Position numbers and translations under genes: made by a program. The notes beneath the pieces are model-generated. The model was not told the DNA's origin. It saw only the letters and a program-made list of their open reading frames with translations, and ran no database searches. Below, one piece after another: positions 45,381 to 54,894 of a DNA stretch of 64,000 nucleotides (position 1 is the stretch's first letter; every line of letters begins with the position of its first letter). Origin of the DNA: an uncultured Thermoplasmata archaeon (GTDB lineage Archaea; Thermoplasmatota; Thermoplasmata; RBG-16-68-12); the NCBI GenBank assembly GCA_963768855.1, contig CAVYJM010000021.1:32001-96000 (forward strand), in the 5' to 3' direction.

Positions 45381-46669
45381 CCGGGCACCCCCTTTCCGTC
45401 GCGGGCCCGGACGAGCCGGAACAGGAAGAGGGTCCCCACGCCGACGATGGCCGCGGTGCCCCCGATGACGGCCGCGCCCTCCCAGGTCGGGATGACCTGG
45501 CCCGGCGTGAGCAGTCCCCAACCCGCGAGCACGGCCAGCTCAGCGATCAGAATCATCCCCGTCGTGACGAAAACGGGCCGATGCAGGATCTGCCTGGACT
45601 CGTTCACGTCGAGGAAGGGCAGGAGCGTGAGGATCGCCAGGAGCAACGTGACCGCTGCGAGGACCGTGATGGTGGCGGCGAGGACCGTGGCGATGCCCGC
45701 GGCGAGGAATCCGAGGACCCACTTCTCCTTCCGGAAGAACCAGAACGACGCCAGGACAAGCAGCACGGACGCCCCTCCCGCGAGGATGCCTGGAATGCCG
45801 GTCAGGCCCGGTCCCTCGAATGCGGCGATCTTGAGGATCTGGTAGAGCCACAGGAAGTACCAGTCGGGCTGGGCGACATACTGGCCCGCGGTGGATGGCG
45901 AATACCCGGGCGGCAGGTTGAGCGGGAAGAGCGCGCCCAGGAGGAGCATCCCGGTCCCGAAGACGGCGGCGAGCTCGAGGAGGTAGAGGGTCACATCGGG
46001 GAAGACTGGTGCGGTCTTCTGTTTCTCCGCGGTTCGGCCCCGCTTGGTGATCGGGTCCGAGATTCCATGGGCCTCGAGCATGTACATCTTGACTGCGAGG
46101 AGCACGAGGAGCGCCGCGGGCAGTACGACCACGTGCAGGTCGTAGAACCTCAGCAGCTCGGCCGCGTCCCCTCCGGTTCCGACGACCAGGAAGCTCACTA
46201 TGGGGGCGCCGAACGGCAGCGCATTGATCATCCCGACGGCCACATCCGTCGCGGACTTCGAGATCACCGTCCAGGGGAGCAGGTACCCCGTGAACGCGAA
46301 TCCGAGCGTAAGCCCGCCCATGAGCATGCCGACCAGCCACATGACCTCTCGCGGCCTCTTGTGGACGGACGCGAAGAAGCCCCGCATCATGTGGGCGAAC
46401 ATGAGGAGGACCATCGCGTACGCGGTGTACAGGTGGACCGTCTCGATGAATCGTCCGTACGCGACCTGGTTGAAGATGTAGGAGGTCGACGCGTACGCCT
46501 GGGAAGGTGTCGGCACGTAGTAGAGCATCATGATGATGCCCGTGACCGCGAGGATCGCGAACGCCACGACCGTCAGCGCGCCGAGCCATGCGAAGGGATT
46601 CAAGGAGTACAGAGGGGCGTCCCGCAGCAGGGGGTACGAAAGGCCGAGCCGCGTGTCGACCCACTTCAC
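45377..46669 (-). CDS. Cytochrome b of a Rieske/cytb complex (SoxN-like; possible ACG start at 46711)
   Basis: TGIIMMLYY.P, G..I..VH, HMMRGF, W..G, GYLLPW, RFYDLH, H, PDWYFLW (PEWY-like). Confidence 0.93.
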   Translation of the reverse strand: MKWVDTRLGLSYPLLRDAPLYSLNPFAWLGALTVVAFAILAVTGIIMMLYYVPTPSQAYASTSYIFNQVAYGRFIETVHLYTAYAMVLLMFAHMMRGFFASVHKRPREVMWLVGMLMGGLTLGFAFTGYLLPWTVISKSATDVAVGMINALPFGAPIVSFLVVGTGGDAAELLRFYDLHVVVLPAALLVLLAVKMYMLEAHGISDPITKRGRTAEKQKTAPVFPDVTLYLLELAAVFGTGMLLLGALFPLNLPPGYSPSTAGQYVAQPDWYFLWLYQILKIAAFEGPGLTGIPGILAGGASVLLVLASFWFFRKEKWVLGFLAAGIATVLAATITVLAAVTLLLAILTLLPFLDVNESRQILHRPVFVTTGMILIAELAVLAGWGLLTPGQVIPTWEGAAVIGGTAAIVGVGTLFLFRLVRARDGKGVPG

Positions 46670-46715
46670 GGCCCGCGTGATCAGGCCGTCCGACTCGGTT
46701 TCCGTGACCGTGTGC

Positions 46716-47378
46716 TCACCCCACCAGCGTGCCGCCTTGGAGGTCCGCGCTCACGTCGCTCGATCCCGTGTTGTGCCCGAAGATCGTCGGGGTTCCCATC
46801 CCGACCGCGAAAATCGCGCCGGACGCGTCGACCTCGAGGGTCACCTGGGGCTGGGGTCGGGGTGAGGGTCCTCCGATCACCCGCGCGGCGCTCGTCAGGT
46901 CGAAGACGCTCCCGTGGCAGCAGCAGTATCCAACCGGCTCAGGCGCCTTGTAGGTGGGGCTGCACGGCGGCGAGCCTCCGGTCGGGAGGAATCCCCAGAT
47001 GCACCCGAGGTGCTGGCAGATCAGGCTGAAGGCCACGATATCGCCGTCCGGTCCGATCCCGTTCGTCGCGGGCACGCCGAGCTTGACGAGGACGTTCGGC
47101 TCGTCGTCGAGGGGATAGTTGAAGATGATCGGCGCGCCCACGGCGAGGTCGGTCAGGTTCGCGACTTTCACCCGCGGGAACGTCGTCGGCGCGACTTGGC
47201 TCGGGGCCGCGGTGCTGATCACGGACCGCAGGATGGACCCCGCCGCCCCGGCGGCGAGGAGTCCGGAGGCCACGACGGCCACCTTGAGAAACACTCGCTT
47301 GCTGTCATCCTCGGGTGCGTCGGGCTTCTCGTTCTTCGCCCGGGTCGGCTCCGCCTCTCCCTTCGCCGCCACCCTCAC
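46716..47378 (-). CDS. Rieske 2Fe-2S protein, SoxL/AioB-like
   Basis: KR.FLK Tat-like anchor; FNYPL.DEPN, GIGPDGDIVAFS.ICQHLGC, CCCHGSVFD, GP.PRP.P. Confidence 0.92.
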   Translation of the reverse strand: MRVAAKGEAEPTRAKNEKPDAPEDDSKRVFLKVAVVASGLLAAGAAGSILRSVISTAAPSQVAPTTFPRVKVANLTDLAVGAPIIFNYPLDDEPNVLVKLGVPATNGIGPDGDIVAFSLICQHLGCIWGFLPTGGSPPCSPTYKAPEPVGYCCCHGSVFDLTSAARVIGGPSPRPQPQVTLEVDASGAIFAVGMGTPTIFGHNTGSSDVSADLQGGTLVG

Positions 47379-47400
47379 GTCCTCCTCGCGCGAAGGCGTC

Positions 47401-48552
47401 TCACTTGTCCTCCCCCTTCCGGGAGGACCGCACGACCGCGCCGATCATGACGCCGACGAGGAGCATGCCGATCCCCACCCCCGTAGCAACGGTCAGCGAG
47501 ATGCCGCCCTCCGGCGCGGGCGCCTGGGCTGCGGTCAGGTTCGAGATCGTCAGGGTGTACCACTGGGAGACGGACTTGTATGCGGAGGATTCGCCGAGGC
47601 GCCCGTTCCAGGTCGCGAAGGCGACGTAGTACGACACGCCCGACGTAAGCTGGACACAGTACGGGTTTGTCTGGGAGGTCGTGAAGGAGCGGACCATCTC
47701 GACGGTCCACGTCTTGCTCGCGTTGTCGTAGAGGGAGCCCACGTGGATCAGGAACGGATCCGCCTCGGGCACCAGGTTCGGCGCCCCCGCGCCGAAGTTC
47801 CCGGGGACCGTGAAGAAGCCGGTCATGTTCGTGTAGTCGTCCTCCGCGAACGATAGGTTGTCCGCGGGGTAGATGGGGTTGCCCAGGGAATCCGTGTAGC
47901 CTCCGGGGAACCCGGTGTCGAGCGCGTTGTTGTCCGTGGGGTTGGACTGCCAGTGCCAGATCTCCGCCGCCCCGCCGGAGAGCGCGCCATCCGAACCGAG
48001 GACCATCCGGGGCGTCTGGTCCCGCCCGAGGGACTGCGGCAGGAACCACAGGAGGGCGGCGCGGTCCTGGTAGTAGTACGTCGCATTGAAGTAGAGCTGC
48101 TTCACGTTCGCGGTGTCCGCGGAGTCGAAGGGCATGATCGTGCCGTTCGGCGCCTGCCAGACCTCGTCGTTCGACTCGAAGGAGGCACCCTGGCTGTCGT
48201 TCCAGCGGAACAGGACGTAGACGTTGTAGCCGTCGTTGGCCGACTTGATCTGCACGTCGGGCGTGTGCCCTCCCCCGGGAGTGATCGAGGCGACCAGGGG
48301 AACGTCCGTCACGGGGATCGAGCTCCAGAACGACTCGCCTCCGGGATCCGTGTAGTTCACCGCACCGTCGACCCGGTGGGAGACGACGTTCGAATCGGAA
48401 GCCGCTGAGACGGCCGGTGGGGAAATGAGGATTGCGAATGCGCTGAAACCGAGCAGCAACGTGAGGACCAGGACCGCCAGTCGACACCCGGACGATTGGG
48501 GCGGGCCTCGCCGCGAGCTCGTGGAATCGTGCGGAACCGACTCAGCGCTCAT
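47401..48552 (-). CDS. Membrane-anchored DOMON-like heme-b cytochrome (EB_dh / CbsA-like)
   Basis: N- and C-terminal TM; IKSANDG..VYVLFRWND, DRAALLW, M, AEIWHW, WTVEMVRS, VAFATWNG...YKSVS. Confidence 0.75.
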   Translation of the reverse strand: MSAESVPHDSTSSRRGPPQSSGCRLAVLVLTLLLGFSAFAILISPPAVSAASDSNVVSHRVDGAVNYTDPGGESFWSSIPVTDVPLVASITPGGGHTPDVQIKSANDGYNVYVLFRWNDSQGASFESNDEVWQAPNGTIMPFDSADTANVKQLYFNATYYYQDRAALLWFLPQSLGRDQTPRMVLGSDGALSGGAAEIWHWQSNPTDNNALDTGFPGGYTDSLGNPIYPADNLSFAEDDYTNMTGFFTVPGNFGAGAPNLVPEADPFLIHVGSLYDNASKTWTVEMVRSFTTSQTNPYCVQLTSGVSYYVAFATWNGRLGESSAYKSVSQWYTLTISNLTAAQAPAPEGGISLTVATGVGIGMLLVGVMIGAVVRSSRKGEDK

Positions 48553-48758
48553 CGCCTTCCCTCGCTCCCAATTCGCGGAGCGCGATGGTCCGACCGAGGT
48601 GATAAGGGTTTCTCGACGTGCTGATGCCTACGCGCGGCGGCCACCTGATGAATGTGCGAGGCGAGGACTCCCGATCTCGCGGGGGAGGCTCTTCGTACGA
48701 CGTTCCGGCAGGGGCTACCACCCGCCGGGGCCTGCGTCCGCCGGATCAGCGCGGAGTC

Positions 48759-49217
48759 TCAAGGAGCGACGCCGGTTCCGACGGCGGTATGCGGGGTGCG
48801 GTGAAGCAAGCCGCCTCCCAGCCCCGTGACGATCATGGTGAGGATCGTGGCCCCCGCCCATGTGAGGGTGCCGACCGTCGTGGCGACGAAGACCGGCCCC
48901 ATCCATCCGTAGACCATCAGATAGAAGGCGGCCGCGAGCAGGGCGAAGGCGAACAGGAACGAGAGGCCGCGGACCGTCCAGGCGAGGAGGCCGAAGACAA
49001 CGATGCCGGCGAGGAGGATGCCCCCGGCGACGAGGACGCTGTGCAGGGACTGCCACTCTTGGTATGCGAAGGCCGCGACGGCGAGGACCCCCGCGACGAG
49101 CAGCATACGGCTGATTGCCCTCCCGAGGAGCCGCACGGCAATCCCTAGGCCGAGGAGCGCCAGCCCGACCCACTGGGCGTGCGCTAGGATGTACGGGATG
49201 ATCTGGGAGAGATCCAA
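48759..49217 (-). CDS. Hypothetical multi-TM membrane protein
   Basis: TTG start with GGAGGAG SD; about 5 TM helices. Confidence 0.6.
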   Translation of the reverse strand: MDLSQIIPYILAHAQWVGLALLGLGIAVRLLGRAISRMLLVAGVLAVAAFAYQEWQSLHSVLVAGGILLAGIVVFGLLAWTVRGLSFLFAFALLAAAFYLMVYGWMGPVFVATTVGTLTWAGATILTMIVTGLGGGLLHRTPHTAVGTGVAP

Positions 49218-49372
49218 CTCTACCGCTCCTCCGCCTTGAACATGCCGCGATCGAGGTCTAATATCTTTGCACGGAACCCCGGGTTGACATCGCTCAGTCG
49301 TGGTCTGGTGACCGGATTCGCGGCCCCACCGCCAAGCGCGAGTCGCGCCCCCGAGGCCGCGAGCGGCCGCCC

Positions 49373-50110
49373 TCACACCTTCTGCCGGAATTCCATGCTC
49401 TGGAACAGGAACGTCGCCAGGACTAGCATGGCCAGGGAGAAGGCCAGAAGGATCCCCGCGGCAACGGGCGCGGACACATCCGTTGCGAAGCCCGACAGAG
49501 GACCCACGCCGATTGTCCCTTTGAGGACGGAGCGCAGGTAGTAGATCAGGCTCAGTTTGGGCACGCTCCCGGGGAGGGATCCGACGATGGACTCCCACAC
49601 GAAACCGATGAGCAACCCGATCGTCAGCGGTTTCCGGAAGGCTACGGAGAGGAAGAAGAACAGGGCGCCGTACGCGATCGCGGCGAGTGCAGTCGCGGCA
49701 AGGAATCCCGCGAGGACGTCCGCATCCGTCCCGAGCCCGCTGCCCGCGTACGCCTCCGTGACGGCGTAGGACGCGACCACGGGCGGCAGGAGCAGCACAA
49801 GGGCCGCAACGACGTAGCCCACGTACTTGCTCACGGCGACGGTGGGTTTCGAGACGGGCCGGGTGAGGAGGAACGGCAGGGTGTTGTCCTCGATCTCTTC
49901 ACGGATGAGGGCCGTCGCGTCGACGAGGGTCACGAAGATGAGGACGATCTGCAGGAAGAGGGGGACCATCAGCGTCTGGAACAGGAGGATGTCGAACGAA
50001 GCGACCCGTGCGACGGCGAGCGAGCCTACGAGCAGAAGGGGGATCCAGGACAGAGCGAGGGTCACGAGGCCGCGCCGAGTCGACAGGAGGTACCGGACAG
50101 TGAGGGTCAT
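49373..50110 (-). CDS. ABC transporter permease (possible ACG start at 50149)
   Basis: EEIEDNTLPFLLTRPVSKP...SK; six TM helices. Confidence 0.85.
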   Translation of the reverse strand: MTLTVRYLLSTRRGLVTLALSWIPLLLVGSLAVARVASFDILLFQTLMVPLFLQIVLIFVTLVDATALIREEIEDNTLPFLLTRPVSKPTVAVSKYVGYVVAALVLLLPPVVASYAVTEAYAGSGLGTDADVLAGFLAATALAAIAYGALFFFLSVAFRKPLTIGLLIGFVWESIVGSLPGSVPKLSLIYYLRSVLKGTIGVGPLSGFATDVSAPVAAGILLAFSLAMLVLATFLFQSMEFRQKV

Positions 50111-50153
50111 CACGACCCAGCCTTTCCGGAATGTGTCACCGAGCCCCGTGTTC

Positions 50154-51074
50154 TCACCCCACCAGATAGCGGAAGACCGCCTCGAGGCTGTCGTCCGGGC
50201 TTTCAAGGCCGTGAATGTCGAGGTGCCGGTCCACGACGATCTCCGGGAGCTCCTTGTAGAACACGTCGGGCTTGCGGGTGCGAATGAGCAGGGTGTCCGC
50301 CCCGGGGAATTCAACAGACACGACGTGGTCCATCGTGGCGAGCGCCTGCGCAAGGTCCCGCGGCTGGGTCGTCGCGATGCGCACCGCGTGCGGGTGCTCG
50401 TCGATGAGCGCGCGGATTGCGTGGAGGTCCCCCGATGCAATCGCCTTCCCGTTATGGATGAGGACGATGTTGCTCGTGACCCGCTCGACCTCGTAGAGGA
50501 CGTGGGTCGACATGATCACGTGGCCGCCGCGCTTCGCGAACTCGGTGATCGCACGCAGGATCTGGACGCGGGCCATCGGGTCGGCCCCGGACAGCGGCTC
50601 GTCCAGAATCAGCAACTCAGGGGCGTGCGCAAGCGCCTGGGCGAGCTTGGCCCGCTGCCGCATCCCGCGGCTGTACGTCCGTAGCGGGCGGTCCTTCGCC
50701 CCCGTGAGTCCGACGAAGGCGAGGCTTTCCTCCGCGTTCTTGCGCGCGTCCCCCCCGTACATCCCGTTGAGCCGGAGGAGCATCTCGACGAACGCTTGGC
50801 CCGTGAGCCATCCGTAGAGCTGGTTTGACTCCGGGCAGTATCCGATTCTCCGTTTCAGCTCGACGTTGTTCCACGGATCCTCCCCGAGGAGCCGGAGCTC
50901 GCCGCCGCTCGCCCGGAGCTGACCGATCAGTAGCTTGAACAGGGTGCTCTTGCCCGCGCCGTTCGGGCCGACGAGCCCGGTGATCCCCGGATTGAAGGAC
51001 GCCGTGAAGCCGTTGAGGCCAAGGACCTCCCCGTACCACTTCATGATACCCTTCGCCTCGACGATCGAGGTCAT
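50154..51074 (-). CDS. ABC transporter ATP-binding protein
   Basis: GPNGAGKST, YSRGMRQR, LDEPLSG.D, STH. Confidence 0.95.
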   Translation of the reverse strand: MTSIVEAKGIMKWYGEVLGLNGFTASFNPGITGLVGPNGAGKSTLFKLLIGQLRASGGELRLLGEDPWNNVELKRRIGYCPESNQLYGWLTGQAFVEMLLRLNGMYGGDARKNAEESLAFVGLTGAKDRPLRTYSRGMRQRAKLAQALAHAPELLILDEPLSGADPMARVQILRAITEFAKRGGHVIMSTHVLYEVERVTSNIVLIHNGKAIASGDLHAIRALIDEHPHAVRIATTQPRDLAQALATMDHVVSVEFPGADTLLIRTRKPDVFYKELPEIVVDRHLDIHGLESPDDSLEAVFRYLVG

Positions 51075-51913
51075 CCGGAGACCACCTCCACGGCCTTCAT
51101 CCGAAGCCACGTGGCGAGCGCGGTGAGGATCGTGGCGCCGAGCAGGATCGCCAGGGCGGGAACCCAGTCAATGGCTCCGCTCGACGCGCCGAATGCGGCC
51201 CGGGCGACCGCGAGGAAATCCTCCCAGGGAGAGAGGTAGAGGAGGGCGGAGTTGTTCACGGATCCCGGGGACGCGAGGATCTGTGCGGGGACCGTGAGTC
51301 CGAAGACGATTGCGAACACGGCTGCGGCCGCATAGGCGCGGCGCCGCGTGAGGCTCGACAGGAAGAGGGCCAGCGCCGTGAAGAACCCCGTAATGAGCAG
51401 GCCCAGGGCGATCGAGATTCCGACGGCTTCCAGGGCGATGTCCCAGGGGAACAGGCCGAGGAGGGCCGCCGTGAGCGGCGTGATGACCAGGGGGAGGACC
51501 GCGATCATCGACGTGAGCGTCGCCAGGATGGCAGCCTTTGCGGTCAGGTAGTCCGCCGCCGTCAACGGCCGACTGAGGTACAGCGTGAGGGCCATCGAGT
51601 CGAGGTCGTCCGCGATGAGCCCCGCCCCTACCGTCGCGGCCATCAGGGTCACGAAGAAGAGCATCGCCGGGTTCGACGCGGGGGTCGTGAAGAAGGTCAG
51701 GTCGAGGCGCTGCCCGGCCAGGAGGAACGGTGCGAAGAATAGCAGGACGATCGACACGATCGTGGTGATCGCCGTGCCGACGCCCAGCGTGAAGATCGCG
51801 GCGGGTCGCCGGATCTCACGGCGCAGCCCCGTGCTGATGATCGCCCACATCCGGTGGCGGCGGCTCAGGAGCGGGATCTCCCGCCGCGTGTACGTCGGGA
51901 GGGAGATCGACAT
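51071..51913 (-). CDS. ABC transporter permease
   Basis: IADDL...ALTLYLSRPL...DYL..K; multiple TM helices. Confidence 0.85.
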   Translation of the reverse strand: MSISLPTYTRREIPLLSRRHRMWAIISTGLRREIRRPAAIFTLGVGTAITTIVSIVLLFFAPFLLAGQRLDLTFFTTPASNPAMLFFVTLMAATVGAGLIADDLDSMALTLYLSRPLTAADYLTAKAAILATLTSMIAVLPLVITPLTAALLGLFPWDIALEAVGISIALGLLITGFFTALALFLSSLTRRRAYAAAAVFAIVFGLTVPAQILASPGSVNNSALLYLSPWEDFLAVARAAFGASSGAIDWVPALAILLGATILTALATWLRMKAVEVVSG

Positions 51914-52834
51914 CTAGCGGCCTCCCGTGTTCCGCTCCACGAGTTCCAGGAAGAGCTCCTCGAGGCTCCGGATTTCCTGGCCCAAATAGCGCACCTCCAC
52001 GCCGCTCGCCTTCGCAGCCCGGAAGATCTCGGCCTCGACTCCCGCCTTCCGGGCGATGTGCACCCCGGTCGGACCGGATTCGGCGTCGACCCCGGCTTCC
52101 TTGAGCGTCCGGAGGAACCCGACCCGATCGCCGCGCAGGTCGACCCGCAGGCGGTCCTGGGCCCCGCTGAGCAGCTTGGACAGCGGCCCGGCCGCAATCT
52201 GGTGGCCCCCGTCGAGGATCACGACGTACTTGCAGATCGTCTCGACGTCCGGGAGGAGATGGCTCGACAGGATCACGTTGCGGCCCTCCGAGACGGCGAT
52301 CTTCCCGACAAGGTCGAGCATCTCGGTCCGGCCGCGGGGATCCAGTCCCGTCGTGGGCTCGTCAAAGATGTACAGCTGGGGGTCGTGGACCATCGCCTGA
52401 GCGAGCTTCACCTTCTGCTTCATGCCCGTCGAGTACTCCGCGACCTTGCGGTACCGCTCCTCCTCGACCCCGACGAACTGGAGCACGTCGTGCGCGCGGC
52501 TCATCGCCGTGCCGGCGTCCAGGCCGCTCACGCGGCCCATGTAGGAGACCAGACCGATCCCCGTCATGTCCGGGATGAGGCAGTCGTGCTCGGGCATGTA
52601 GCCCGTGCGCTCCCGCACCGGGATACCCTCTTCGATGCCGTGGCCGAGGACCCGGCCCGAGCCCGCCGTGGGCCGCAGGAGGCCGAGGAGGAGGCGGAGG
52701 AACGTGGTCTTGCCCGCTCCGTTCGGGCCGACGAGGCCGATGGCCCCCTCCGGGATGGACACACTCAGATCGTCGACGGCGCGGATCTCCCCGAACGCCT
52801 TCGTCAGTCCGGCGGTCTCCACGAGCGCGGTCAC
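51914..52834 (-). CDS. ABC transporter ATP-binding protein
   Basis: GPNGAGKTT, YSTGMKQK, FDEPTTGLDP, SSH. Confidence 0.95.
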   Translation of the reverse strand: MTALVETAGLTKAFGEIRAVDDLSVSIPEGAIGLVGPNGAGKTTFLRLLLGLLRPTAGSGRVLGHGIEEGIPVRERTGYMPEHDCLIPDMTGIGLVSYMGRVSGLDAGTAMSRAHDVLQFVGVEEERYRKVAEYSTGMKQKVKLAQAMVHDPQLYIFDEPTTGLDPRGRTEMLDLVGKIAVSEGRNVILSSHLLPDVETICKYVVILDGGHQIAAGPLSKLLSGAQDRLRVDLRGDRVGFLRTLKEAGVDAESGPTGVHIARKAGVEAEIFRAAKASGVEVRYLGQEIRSLEELFLELVERNTGGR

Positions 52835-53898
52835 GGTTCGCCTCCCGGGTTCTTGGGCGGAAGCTCCCCGACGGGCCCCGCGCCGCTTGAGGTCTTCGCT
52901 GGTCCTTCCGTCCGCTTGCGTCGTCGGAGCAGGAGTAGGACGAGAAGCACCGCGACAATGGCGATCGGGAGGGCGAGAAGGATCGTGTCGAGCAGGGAGG
53001 CGCCCGTGGGAGCGGGATAGGTGTAGGACTTGAGCCGCATCTCCGCAACAGGAGTGCCGTTCACGTACGCAACGCGCCGCACGTAGGAGCCGACGTCGTT
53101 CGAGAACCAGGCGGTCTCGTTCGCTCCGCTCGCGGTCGCCACGCCCGCGAACCCGGGGAACGCCCCGAGGCTCTCGTTGAGGCGGTACGCGCTGAATGTC
53201 CCCGCCTCCACGGTGACGTTCTCCACGCCTAGGACCTGGCGCATCCACGATCCCACGGCCACGCCGGAGGTCACGTTGTGCTGGGAGAACCCGAAGGAGG
53301 AGACGCTCGTGGCCAGCTGGACGTCCGAGGTGAAGGGCGCGGACGCCGAGTCGCCGACGCTCAGGTTGAACGGCGGGATCGACGTGTAGGCCGTCGTCGC
53401 GTTGAGCCACATGCTCGCAGTGACCTTGGCCGTGATCACGAACGTCACGTCGATCCGGTAGGCCGTCGAGCTGTTCGAGGCGACGGGCAGGTAGCTCTGC
53501 CCCTCCCACACCTCGGACGCGTCCGAGGAGAAGGTGCCCGAGACGCCAATCGTGGCGTTGCCGGGGATCTGGAAGGTTCCGTTGAGGAAGCCGGACGAAT
53601 GGGTCTCCGCCTGCACCCCGCCGGCCAGATTCGATGCCGGTCCCGTGATGTCCACCTCGACGATCCCGGTCAGGTCGAGACCGAAGAAGCCCCCCTGGCT
53701 CGCGTTCATCCCCGGGAGGCCCTCGAGCGAACCCTGGACCACGTAGACCCAGCGATCGCCCGTGGTATACGCGGGCTTCGCGAGGGCGGCCCGAGCGGGC
53801 CTGGTGCTCGCGAAGAGGATCGCGAGTGCGATGAGGAGTGCGAAGACGACGGCACTCGCGCGGGCGGGGCGGATTTGGATCGACCTCGGCGCGGCCAT
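52831..53898 (-). CDS. Secreted, C-terminally anchored beta-rich surface protein
   Basis: Signal peptide; P...GDRWVY; ENVTVEAGTFSAY; C-terminal TM followed by RRRKR. Confidence 0.7.
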   Translation of the reverse strand: MAAPRSIQIRPARASAVVFALLIALAILFASTRPARAALAKPAYTTGDRWVYVVQGSLEGLPGMNASQGGFFGLDLTGIVEVDITGPASNLAGGVQAETHSSGFLNGTFQIPGNATIGVSGTFSSDASEVWEGQSYLPVASNSSTAYRIDVTFVITAKVTASMWLNATTAYTSIPPFNLSVGDSASAPFTSDVQLATSVSSFGFSQHNVTSGVAVGSWMRQVLGVENVTVEAGTFSAYRLNESLGAFPGFAGVATASGANETAWFSNDVGSYVRRVAYVNGTPVAEMRLKSYTYPAPTGASLLDTILLALPIAIVAVLLVLLLLRRRKRTEGPAKTSSGAGPVGELPPKNPGGEP

Positions 53899-53941
53899 GG
53901 CCACGCGGGAGAAAACGCTTTCCCAGGAAACCCCAGCGCGA

Positions 53942-54805
53942 TCAGGCTCCAGACAGCAAGAGGATCCCGAGCCCGAAGGCGACCAGAGCGGCCGCGATCC
54001 GCCAGTCGAGCTTCTCCTTGAGGAAAGCAGCCGCGCCGAGCGTGGCGATGATGGGATACGTGCCGGAAATGGGCGCGACGAGCGCTGCGGGCCCGAGGTC
54101 ATACGCGATCGTGAGGGCGACCGCGCTTAGCCCGCCTGCAAGGAACACGAAGAGGCCGAGCTGCCAGGTCTTCCGTGACGGCGGATCTCCAGGGACTCCG
54201 TGGCGCCTTCGAAGGACCGCATACGCGAGCGTGACGCCCAGGTACCCGGACGCGAGGAGCAGATCGAGGTTGCCCTCGCCGAGCGCGTCCACACTTGACT
54301 TAACGAGGAAGCCCCAGATTCCCCAAACGAAGAACCCGGCGAGGCTCAGGAGGACCGCCGCCCGACGGGAGGCGTCCCGGCGCTTCGGCTCGTACGCCAG
54401 GATGAGGATGCAGAACATGATCAGGGCGACCCCGAGGATCTGGAAGAGCCCGAGGGTCTCGCCCAGGAAGGCGACGCTCAGGACGACCGTCAGCATGGGG
54501 CAGGCTGCGGAGATTGTGCCGACGAGGCCCACGCTCCCCACGCGCATCCCTTCGTAGAAGAAGAGGTAGCCGATCGCGCCCAGGGTGCCTGCGGAGACCG
54601 CGGCGGCCGCGAGGAGCGGGTCCGCGGGGATCGGACTGTGCGGGAGGAGGAGCCCGACGAGGCCGAAGGCCACGCCCTCGATCAGCGTCGTGCCGAGCCC
54701 CATCGTCCGCGGGCCAAGGCGGTCCGTGCTGGGTTTCGCGGCGAGCGTGCCCAGTCCCCAGATCACGGTGCCCCCGAGGACCCACGCGAGCCACTCCAGC
54801 GCCAT
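53942..54805 (-). CDS. DMT/EamA family transporter
   Basis: Two EamA repeats (P.LTVVLS..FLGE; PI.ATL.A..FLKEK). Confidence 0.9.
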   Translation of the reverse strand: MALEWLAWVLGGTVIWGLGTLAAKPSTDRLGPRTMGLGTTLIEGVAFGLVGLLLPHSPIPADPLLAAAAVSAGTLGAIGYLFFYEGMRVGSVGLVGTISAACPMLTVVLSVAFLGETLGLFQILGVALIMFCILILAYEPKRRDASRRAAVLLSLAGFFVWGIWGFLVKSSVDALGEGNLDLLLASGYLGVTLAYAVLRRRHGVPGDPPSRKTWQLGLFVFLAGGLSAVALTIAYDLGPAALVAPISGTYPIIATLGAAAFLKEKLDWRIAAALVAFGLGILLLSGA

Positions 54806-54894
54806 TTCGCGCCGGGAGGGGGGCGCGGGTCATGAGGTTTGCCGTGAGGACGTGAGCCCCGGGGCTGCCGCGTTCGACCCGTTGCCGCGACGAA

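Noticed and set aside
46716-47378. Arsenite oxidase small subunit (AioB)
   Set aside because: The sequence resembles AioB, but there is no molybdopterin AioA and the gene is coupled to cytochrome b, which fits a SoxL-type complex.
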